This document shows positions 54,068-64,000 of a stretch of DNA of 64,000 bases, piece after piece (positions within the stretch are counted from its first letter, which is position 1; every line of letters begins with the position of its first letter). Origin of the DNA: the human T2T-CHM13v2.0 reference genome, Homo sapiens; assembly GCF_009914755.1 (NCBI RefSeq), contig NC_060926.1; one strand, 5' to 3'. Below the pieces are notes generated by a model that saw nothing but the letters and a program-made list of their open reading frames with translations, searched no databases and had not been told where the DNA came from. Both the position numbers and the translations under genes were made by a program.

Positions 54068-56815
54068 TCTTCTATTTGCAGTGTGGTAAGTGTTTTATCA
54101 TAAAAGGGTGTTGGCTTTTGTAAAATGATTTTTCTACATCTACTTGGATGGTCATGTCATGTTTATCTTTTATTCTAATAATATGATGTATCATAATGAT
54201 TGGTGTTTGGGTGTTATCCAACATTTTATTTCTTGGATAAATCCCACTGAATTATTGTAGGTAATCCTTTTTATTAACATATGTTGCTGGATTTGGTTGC
54301 CTAGTATTGTGAGGATTTAGGTATCTGTATTTAAAAGGGATATTGGTCTATACTGGTCTTTTATTTTCAAGTGAAATCTTTTTATAGTTTTAGTATCTGA
54401 ATAATTCTGACCTTATAGAATTAGTAGATAAATGCTCTCACCTCTTCTTTTTTTTGTAAGCATTTGTGAAAGATTGATGATAATTCTTTTTGAATGTTTG
54501 GTATAATTTACTAGTGAAGCCATCTGGGACAGTATTTGTGTGTATGTGTAAAGTTTTTTAATCGCTAATATAACCTCCTTATTTGTAAGTCTATTCAGAT
54601 GATCTGTTTCTTCTTGAGTCAGTTTCAAGTGTCTATGTCATCCTAGAAATATTTCCATTTCATATATATTAACTTTTTGCATAAAATTGTTCAGAGTATT
54701 TCCTTCTAATCCTTTTTATTTTTTGTAAAAGCAGTAGTAATGCCCTATCATTCTTGATTTTAGTAATTTAAGTCCTCTCTTTTTGCCTTATCAGATCACT
54801 CTAGCTAAATGTTTCTCAATTTTGTTGATCTTTTCCAAGAACCAACTTTTCCAAAAGTTTTCTCTATTGTTTTTCTATCGCTTTTTTCATTTATTTATAC
54901 CTTAATCTTTATTATTTTTTTCTTCCTTTTTACTTGGAGTTCAGTTTTCTCTTCTTTTTCAAGTTTCTTGGTCAAACGTTTAGGTTACTGATTTGAAATC
55001 TTTTTATCTTTTAAAATAGTCATTTACCACTATTTTTGTAATTCTATAAATACCTCTTTAGCTGTGACCCATAAGTTTTGGTCTATTATGTTTTCATTTT
55101 AATTTGTCTCAAAGTGTCTTCTAATTTTTCTCATGGATCTTTTCAACCCCATAGTTATTTAGAAGTGTGTGGTCTAAATTTTATATACTTATGAATTTTT
55201 AAAATTTCATTGTCATTGATTTCAAATTTAATTTCATTGTGGTTGGAGAAAATACTTGACATAATTTTAATTTGTTAAAATGTATTCAAGCTATTTTAAG
55301 GCCTCATATATGGTCTATGATAGACAACATTCCATGGAAACATATGAAGAATTTGTATTCTACTGTTATTGGGTGGAGTGTTATAGAGATGTCTGTTACA
55401 TATAGTTTGTTTATAGTGTTATGTGAGTGTTCTGTCTCCTTGATGATCATTTGCCTAATTGTTGTATCCATTATTAAAAGTGGAGTATTGACTTTTCTAA
55501 GAATTTTTGTTACACTGTCTATTTCTCTCTTCAATTCTAGCAGTGTTTGCCTCATGAAGTTTGGGGCTCTTTTGTTAGGTGTGTAGATACGTTTACAATT
55601 GTTAAGACTTTCAATTCTATTGTCATTTTTTACTTTATTTTTATGCATTTTTTTAGTGGTTGCCCTAGTCATTGCAAGTAACATCATAATTTATAAAAGT
55701 ATAATTCCGATTAAAACCAATTGCTTATAATAATATACAAAAACTTTGCTCCTGTATATCCATTTTCTCCCCACTCCTTTGTGTTATTGTCGTACAAATT
55801 AAATCTTTATACATTGTACGCCCAGCAATACATATTTTTAATTATTGCTTTATGAAGCTGTCTTGTAAATCATATAGAACAAAAAAAAGGTTTACAAACA
55901 AAAAAGGATTACAAAAAGTTGGTTTTATAATTACCTATTAAGCTATTTTACAAGTACTCTTTATTTCTTTCTGTGTACTTTTTAATTATCTATTGTCATT
56001 TCATTTTAGCCTTTGGTATTTATGATAGGATATGTCTTCTAAGGATTAATTCTCTGTTTTTTTTAATCTAGTAATGTCTAATTATAATTTTCATATTTAA
56101 TGGATAGCTTTTTTCGATATAAAATAATTGGTTGGCAGTCATTTTCTTATAGCACTTTAAATATATCCTCCCACTACCTTCTGGTCTCTATGGTAGCTAC
56201 CAAGGATTTAACAGTTAATCAAGTAAATAGCCTTGTATACTATGAATCATGTTTCTTTCACTGCTCTTAAGATTCTCAGTCTTTCACTTTTAACAACCTA
56301 CAATGTGTCTAAAGATAGATTTCTTTGTTTGTCCTACTTGGAGTTCACTGAGCTTCTTGAGTAGGTAGATTAATGTTTTTATTGAATTTGGAACATTGTC
56401 AGCCATTATTTCTTCAAATATTCTTTTTGTCCTTTCATTTGTCTTCTCTTTCTGGGGTATTCCTTATATGTATGTTGGTATACATAATAGCACTTCACAG
56501 GTTCTGAAGCTCTGTTTATTCTTCTCTTTTTCTTTATTCTTTTCTCTTTATTTTCAAAATGTATATTTGACCTCTTTTGAAGTTAATTTACTCTTTCTTC
56601 TACCAACTCAAGTCTGCTGTTGAATCCTTCTGGTGAAACTTACAATTCAGTTATTGTATTTTTCCACATCAATAATTCTATTTGATTTCTTTTCACAATT
56701 TTTATTTTTAGTGATATTCTCTGGTGAAATAGTACTTGTACTTTATTTTTTTATACATGGTTTCCTTTAGATTTTTAAAAACTTATTTGTAGTAGCTGGT
56801 TTAGTCTTTATCTTA

Positions 56816-57342
56816 TGTGATATGCAGAATAATGACTCTCCAAAGAAGTCCATTTCTTAATCATTGAAATCTGTGAATATGCTACACTACATGGCTAAAA
56901 GGAGTTTACAGGATTATTAAATTAATGGACCTTGAGACTGGGAGATTATTCTGTATTCTCTGGGCATTCCTAATTCAATCACATGAATCTTTACAAGCAG
57001 AGAAACTTTCCTGTCTTTAGTCAGAAAGAGATGCAACTACGCAAGAAGAGATGGAGAGATTCAAAGTGAGAAAAATTCAATCTTTTATTTCAAGCCATGA
57101 AGAGGGAATAATAAGACAATGATCTAAGAAACACATAGGTGGCCTTTAGAAGCCAGAAAAGGCAAGGAAATAAATCATGCCCTATAGATTCCAGAAAGGA
57201 AGTCAGTCCTGCTGACTCCTAGATTTTAGCCCAGTGATCCAGTTGAATTTCTGAGCTGCAAAAGTGTAGGATAATAAGTTTATATTGTTTTAAGCTACTA
57301 GTTTTTGGTAATTTGATATGGCATCAAAAGAAAAATAACACA
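56816..57342 (+). mobile_element. MLT1D/E-like MaLR solo LTR
   Basis: TGTGATATGCAGAATAATG start, GACCTTGAGACTGGGAGATTAT, ends AATAACACA. 5-bp TSD TCTTA. Confidence 0.9.
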
Positions 57343-57459
57343 TCTTATAAATCCAACATCCAAGTTTTCTCAGAAACACTTTCTCTTGATTGCTTTTTCC
57401 TGTGTATGGGCCATACTTTCCTATATCTTTATGCATCTCACAACTTTTTTTGAAAATTG

Positions 57460-58133
57460 CGACACAGGATCTTTCCTGATCACTTTTGCCAGCTGGAGAC
57501 AACTGGGTGGCAACACCCTTGCCCTGCCTCAGCCCATGGCTTCAGGGGTGGCTCAGCCCCACTGCAATTTCTGTCATCTGGAGCAGCGGCCCTCCCCTGG
57601 TGAATGGCAGAGGGCCAAGCACACATTTGGTGAGACCAGAGCTCTTGTCCCATGTCCAAGAAGAATGAGGATACACTGACAATCAAAGAGTGAGGAAGGC
57701 AGAGAATAATTTTATTGAACAATGACACAGCTCTCAGCAAAGAGGGGATGCAAGGGAGATCCTCCACCTGGAGTAGGGTGGTTTCTCTCCCAGGGTGACT
57801 GAGTCTTGGGCTTTTATGGGTTCAGTATAGGGGAACACATGCTGATTTGTTTGTGAGTATGCAAAGAAAGGCTAACGCAAAGGCACCACTCAAAGGTGGG
57901 CATGGCAGTGTAGAAAACCAATTAGGAAAGGGTAGGTATATGTAAAATAGGTGAAGGATGGGGATCAATCAGAGGAAAGCATGACAAATGGGAAGAAACA
58001 TTCTCAATCTGGTCCCAGGATTTGACTTGTAGCTTGGCTTTCAGGCTTTAAATTGTCTTTGGCTTAGAGGTAAGGTTTCAACAGGGACCCACCCCTATCT
58101 GCCTAGGCATTTGACTGCCTACTGTCACTATCA
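57460..58133 (-). mobile_element. ERV1 solo LTR (LTR27/LTR28/MER52-related)
   Basis: Reverse complement starts TGATAGTGACAGTAGGCAGTCAAATGCCTAGGCAGATAGGGG. 4-bp TSD ATTG/ACTG; host L1 GAAAACTGGAC is restored on removal. Confidence 0.85.
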
Positions 58134-60084
58134 ACTGGACATTTCAATATAATATGAACAACTCTGGAAATGAGATCCCCTGTCCAGGATTTGTTGTATT
58201 ATTGTTTTTAATCAGCTTTGTTTTCTTTTGTTGTTTTTTGTTTATTTGGTGACTTTCCTGAACTAAGTATGCAAAGTTTGTATTCCTTGTTGTGTGCAGT
58301 CATGAAGGTCTCTGGTTAGCTCAATGTTCAGCTAATGATTGTACAGAAATTTTCTTAAATACCTTAAATCACTAAATCTTCCTCCCTTTGTCAAAAGGCC
58401 TGTGTGTGCTTTGGGGCACAGCTTCAATTCTCCATTAATTTACTTTTGACCTTCACTTACAAGGTCCCAAGGATGGCCAGAGGTGAAAGACTAGGGCTCT
58501 CTCAGGTCTTTCCTTAGCATGTACACAGCCCTACACCTGTGCAACACTTATGTGTGCACCTGGTATTCCAGATTCTTAGCAACAAGTAGGAACTTTGCAA
58601 AGTCTCCTATTGACATTTGATTCTACAGATTTAAAAAAAATAAATGTTTCACAACTTATTTGCCTCAACTGGTATCATCACCTCTGCAGCAACAGTGTTA
58701 GGAAACTGCTGCTGATTGTTTCAGCAAATGCCCTAGAGATACAATTCTCTAGAGACGGAGCATCTTGAGGAACTTCAAATCTGGACTTCCCCTTCCAGGG
58801 GCTGCTATTCGGCTGGTTTTCAAGGATACCACTGAATTATTACAAAAGGGATGAAAATGAGGCAAACTGAAATACCGTGAAACTCCTTGTACTAAGTTTC
58901 AGTCATTTTTTAATAAACCCTCTTCAGATTTTGCAAAGTTAGCTTATTTTGAAAATTCTGAAAAAGCTGATTTTGACAAATTTTGCTAGTGTTTTTATTG
59001 CTTTTATTTAGAAGTCATTTTTCAGAGTTCTTTACTGTTATGGGAGTTCTGCCCCTTTAGTGCTGTTTTTTCTAATTTATGTCAGTCTAAGTTGTTATAA
59101 AATAAAGAATTAAAATACATATACAATCACAGATACAAATAATGATACTTGGGGAAGAAAATATCAAAATCTTATCCATGAAATAACTACTTTTATATTC
59201 ATCGGGCTTATCTCCAAATATAACTTTAGGACACTTTATACTGAGTTTTTATCTTATTTTTCATCTTTGGCCTTAAGTGTAATTAAGTATACCTATGAAT
59301 ACTTAAGTCAGTGAAGTATAATTTAAGTGTGCATGTTAGTAAAGCTGATAAACATCCCATAAAATTATTTTGCAACAGAAATATGTAGGAAATCAGAGAT
59401 CTGATTCTGTTATTTCCATTTAAAATTTGTATTTTATATATCTCTTTTGTAAGTTTTATATGAAAGGACAAAAGATACGTTAAATTTGTTTATTGATTCT
59501 CTTTGATCTTCCTAAATTTCTAACATGTAACATTTTACTGTCTTGAATGCCTATCGTTTTTAGAAAACATGATTATTCTTATCACTAAGAATGATTAATA
59601 ATAATACTTTACTATTTATGCTTCAAGAATTATAAAAAAGAAGTAATTATTTTAAAAGATAAAAAATCTTTATTCATTAGGGAAGTTGCCCAAGCAAAAG
59701 GGAATTTCAGATGAATTCTCATATAGGGAGAAAATGACTCTTTTACAGTACATCCTATTTCACTTCATCATGTTTATCTTTGATCAAATGTTGTTACTGC
59801 ATATTCCTTAAGGGAACCAAAAAACTTCAATGTTTTACATTTTATGCAGCCAAACCTGTCTGAAGAGAAATCTTGGGAAAAGAAAAACCAGTCTCAAGAG
59901 CAGCTGCTCAAATGATGCCTAATTAAATTTTCACGCACATGTTAAAAGGATATGTTAATACTTTGTGTGCACTCAGTGAGCTTTGTAAAGCAACTTAGAC
60001 AATCAGAATTTATAAAGTATTGAGGAATGCCTCTAAATTCTACCTGCTGCTGCTCTAAGTGCTATGGTGGTAATAGCTCATGCA

Positions 60085-60525
60085 CTGATGCTCAACCTGG
60101 GTGCACACTGGGACTACGTGGGCAGCTTTACAAAAAACAATTCTAACGCCCAGGTTTAATCCATTCATCAGAGTTTGAATTAATGGATACTGGATATAGA
60201 ATATGATTTGGGTATCAGGATCTTAATAGCTCCCCAAGTGATTCTAGGATGTATCAAAATTTATCTACAACAGTAATTCTTAAACTTTGCTGTGTATGTG
60301 AATCAACTAAGATCTTGTCGAAATGCAGATTCTGATCTAGTAGGGCTGCACTGGGTCCCGAGAATCTGCATTTCTTTTTTTTTATTTTGTTATGATTATA
60401 CTTTCAGTTTTAGGGTACATGTGCACAACGTGCAGGTTTGTTACATATGTATCTGTATTTCTTACAAGGTCCCAGGTAATGCCAAAGACGGTGGTGCTTG
60501 GAGCACACTTTGCATAACAAGATAC
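60085..60525. mobile_element. MER5B-like plus MER5A-like hAT-Charlie elements
   Basis: AGCTCCCCAAGTGATTCTA and AAATGCAGATTCTGATCTAGTAGG...GAGAATCTGCATTTCT. Confidence 0.8.
60377..60450 (-). mobile_element. Tiny (~75 bp) L1PA 3'-end insertion inside MER5A
   Basis: TATACTTTCAGTTTTAGGGTACATGTGCACAACGTGCAGGTTTGTTACATATGT flanked by TSD ATCTG(C/T)ATTTCTT at 60364-60376 and 60451-60463. Confidence 0.92.
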
Positions 60526-62158
60526 TTACAGAAATTAGAACCACCACCAAAAATAATGGCCATAAATAAAAGCTACTCATTCCTGTTGAATAATATTCAA
60601 AGTACATTTTAGATTGGTTTCAGAAAAAAAGGAGAGAACAGTAAATTCTACTAAAGTACTCTTTCCTCCTCCTCCACAGACTTTTTTTGCTAAGATTCAA
60701 ATTATTGCAAAAACATACCTGTCCTTTGAACATAGTTTAGGAAACCTCACTTTCCAAAATGAGTTTTTCAGTTCTTTCTTTTAATTTCTCTTAAATTTTA
60801 TGCAGTTCAATACTAAAGTTTCTTTAGTTTTTGCCACTGTAAATTTTATAAGGGAAGAGCTGTATTTCATATTTCTTGAGCAAAGATTAAGGTCATACAA
60901 GCTTCAAGGAATACTTGCTAAATAGTGTTCAAATATATTTCAAATATTATACAGACATTAAAAGCACTTGGCTTAAGAGACGTTGCAGGAAAAATGAATG
61001 GGTTGGTTATATATGCTACTACTGAATTTATACAACTTGTATGTGATTGAAATCCTATGCTATACTTCTTACAAAAATAGTCTCATTATGGTACCAGTTA
61101 CCTGTTGAAATTTTTGTCAAGGTTTCTTGGCCATTAAGTATGTATATAATACACATCCTGTGCTGGCTTCATACTTGAAAACCAAGGCATTGGAAAAGCT
61201 GTGATGTACTCTCAAATCCTCTTGCATCCATTAATTGAGACATAAAATTCTCTTTTCTGACCTTCATGTTTTTAGATTTTGCACCTTGACTTTATTAAAA
61301 TTCAAATAATCCTGAGGGGGGAACATTTCTAAAATGTATTAATAGTAGTCTATCTGTTAAGTGTGAATGAAAAATTTGAGATACAGTTTGATACAAGTGT
61401 AAGAATACAAAACAAAGAGCTCAAAGTATAATTTTGTACATCGCAATTTCAGAGACCAAATGTCCCCAAATTGACTCTTGTAATGTTAATTAGAGCTCCT
61501 ATTTGAACATCAGCTCAGAATAAACTAACTTTACTCTATTAATGTAGTTAGAATTTGCTTAGTGCCCGCTATATGCACAGCTCTGTATGGCAATTACAAT
61601 AAAATAAAAATTTTCTTCAAAGAAAAAATTGCACTAAAATTAAAAGGTAAAATGATAGAAAGTAAGATAATGACTTTATCAACACTAGGCAAAGTTATTG
61701 TACAAGGTGTGTTATAAAGATAATTATGTATCTCTTTGAAATTAAAACAATACTGTTTCTACTTCATTTCCAAAGCAGAAATATCCATGTCAATGAGGAT
61801 GACATTGATCCCCAATCCCAGTAGAAGCATTCAAGTCTAATCACATTTATGAGGTATTTAATATTTTTATATATGCCTTATTTTGCAATATGTTGTCTTT
61901 ACTTTTTTAACTATGCAAAGTATTTACATTAAACTTCCTGTAAATGTCAATTTAATAAAGCTGATACAATCAACCCATTCTAAAACAATTTCCAGATCAT
62001 ACTCAGCTTGATTCTTCTTTGAGCTTGTCTTTTTTTTTGTGGGGGGTCATTTGAAAAATCAATTTAATATGTTGTTCACTGTTCAAAGCATTTTGGGATC
62101 TAACTCCAGAGAGGATATTTTGAATGGCAAATGCCAGTCCATTGAGATTAGACTGAAC

Positions 62159-62803
62159 TTTTTTTTAAATTTTAGTTTCAGAGATGCATATGCAGGTTTG
62201 TTCTGTAAATACACTGCATGTTGGGGTTTGGTATACAGACTATTGCATCACCCAGGTAATAAGAACAGTACCCAATAGATAGTTTTTTGATCCTCACCCT
62301 CCTCCCACCCTCTCCCTCAAAGCAGGCCCTGTTGTCTATTTTTCCTTCTTTGTGTTCATGGGTACCCAGTGTTTAGCTCCCACTTATAAGTGAGAACATG
62401 CAGTGTTTTTTTTTTCCTATTTCTGCATTAGTTTGCTTAAGATAATGGCCTCCAGCTCCATCCATGTTGCTGCAAAGGACATTATCTTGTTCTTTTTATG
62501 GCTACATAGTATTCCTTGGTGTATAATACTACATTTTCTTCATCCAATCTACTATTGATGGGCATTTAGGTTGATTCTGTTTTTGCTATTGTGAATAGTG
62601 CTGCAATAAATATACACATGCATGTGTCTTTATGGTAGAATGATTTATATTCCTTTGGGTATATATCCAATAATGGAATTGCTGGGTCAAATGGTAGTTC
62701 TGTTTTAAGTTCTTTGAGAAATCTTCAAACCACTTTCTACACCGGCTGAACTAATTTACATTCTTGCTAGCAGTATATAAGTGTTCCCCTTTCTCCACAG
62801 CCC
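62159..62803 (-). mobile_element. L1PA15/16-like 3' fragment
   Basis: CATCACCCAGGTAATAAGAACAGTACCCAATAG...GTTTAGCTCCCACTTATAAGTGAGAACATG...GTTCTTTGAGAAATCTTCAAAC. Confidence 0.9.
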
Positions 62804-63543
62804 TTTTTGAGTTTTTTAATTGAAAATGTCTACAACTCAAAAAGTCAGAAGAAACTGAAAGCAAAAATCCCAGAAACTATATACACAAAAACAGGATCTA
62901 AACATATACACAGTCGATAAGAAAGGCAGAGCCTCAGAAAGTTCTTGATAAAAAAAGTACACCTGTAAAACCATTGCCACAATCAAGATAGAAAGTATTT
63001 CTATTTTTATCCATTATAGTCCATTTTTCCTTCTGCCTCTGAGCCCGGCAACAGATCCCCTTTTGGTTTCCAATATATTAATTTGCATTTTCTAGAATTT
63101 CATCATACATTTGTCAAAATTTGTCACATTATACATTTTAAATGAATTATTCTTCAATAAAATAGGTCATTCTTTATTAAAATTGATCAAATATAATGAG
63201 ATAGGTTATTTAAAGTTCAAAAAGTTTGAGCCTCTTAAAATCCTGTTCAGAGGCCCCTGATGTCATCTACATCTTTCTATCTCATCTCTCTTTTCCAAGA
63301 GTAAAGAATGCCTTTAAAAAGGCATTGATGAACTCTAGAAAGATGACTTTTCTTGCCTTAGGAGCCAGCAGAGTCCTCAAGGGATACATAGTTATTGTGG
63401 TTATCCTCAAGTTAACTTTTTCCTCCTGTCTACCTCTATGTACTTATTCAATGTAACTATGAGTGACAAGAAAGTGTCTTTAACTTTGACTTGTTCATCA
63501 ACCTGGAAGATCAAACATACACCAAAGTCTTCCCACACTAAAA

Positions 63544-63545
<2 letters not shown>

Positions 63546-63578
<33 letters not shown>
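63546..63578. repeat. (AC)16 microsatellite
   Basis: Read directly. Confidence 0.95.
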
Positions 63579-63582
<4 letters not shown>

Positions 63583-64000
63583 CGAGATGAAAGATAACTT
63601 CTCTAATTTAAGAATCCACTTATTAATAATCAAAGGAAAGTACTATTCAAGTCATGGTTAAGAAATTAGGGCTTTCTGGTTCTTGTCATGCTTACAAGTA
63701 GTGTCATGACATCAGAAGTCATTTCCTTGCATTTTTTTTTCTACTGATACAAAAGGTTTTATTGAGCAATTGAAGATAGTACCTCTAGCTAGCCCTATTT
63801 AGAATACAATCATCTCAATTCTTTCATTGAGAAGGTAATTTGCTTTGGAATGATGTACTATAGTACTATCAGACATGGTAGAAGAAAAATTAAGGTCATC
63901 CAAAGCATTTTAGAATTCCAGTAAGCAGCATCTTTAAAGGGTCTGTGGGACTGTAGGTATAATTTGTGCAGGAAATGGTCCTAAATGGTAAGCAAATCCA

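Larger units (their letters stand above)
47290..59050 (-). mobile_element. Near-full-length ancient L1MB-type element interrupted by many insertions
   Basis: 3' end motif GAGATATAATTTACCTATCATAAAACTCAC...TTGTGCAACCATCACCACT at left. Colinear antisense ORF2 pieces (52680-52862 [24 protein letters not shown]; 55304-55687 EN region), then ORF1/5' UTR-like sequence to ~59050. Confidence 0.82.

Overview
AT-rich, repeat-dominated DNA from a hominoid primate (human or another great ape, judged from L1PA2- and AluY-type elements). It looks intronic or intergenic, and I found no recognisable host protein-coding exon. Nearly all long ORFs in the track come from LINE-1 or Alu sequence. The main elements are a full-length but inactivated L1PA2 (11407-17459) with an open antisense ORF0 and a short 3' transduction, and two twin-primed (5'-inverted) L1s (8073-10494 and 48501-49216). 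An ancient, near-full-length L1MB-type element (~47290-59050, minus strand) hosts at least eight later insertions. The most unusual structures are: (i) a ~1.1 kb GC-rich non-repeat segment inserted cleanly into that L1MB without poly(A) or TSD (52941-54067); (ii) an L1PA8 whose 5' junction copied ~88 bp of its own target flank in inverted orientation (51659-51851); (iii) shared non-consensus variants between the two L1PA2 copies; and (iv) a locally templated patchwork repeat at 25301-25486. Subfamily names come from recalled consensus motifs and need RepeatMasker/Dfam confirmation.
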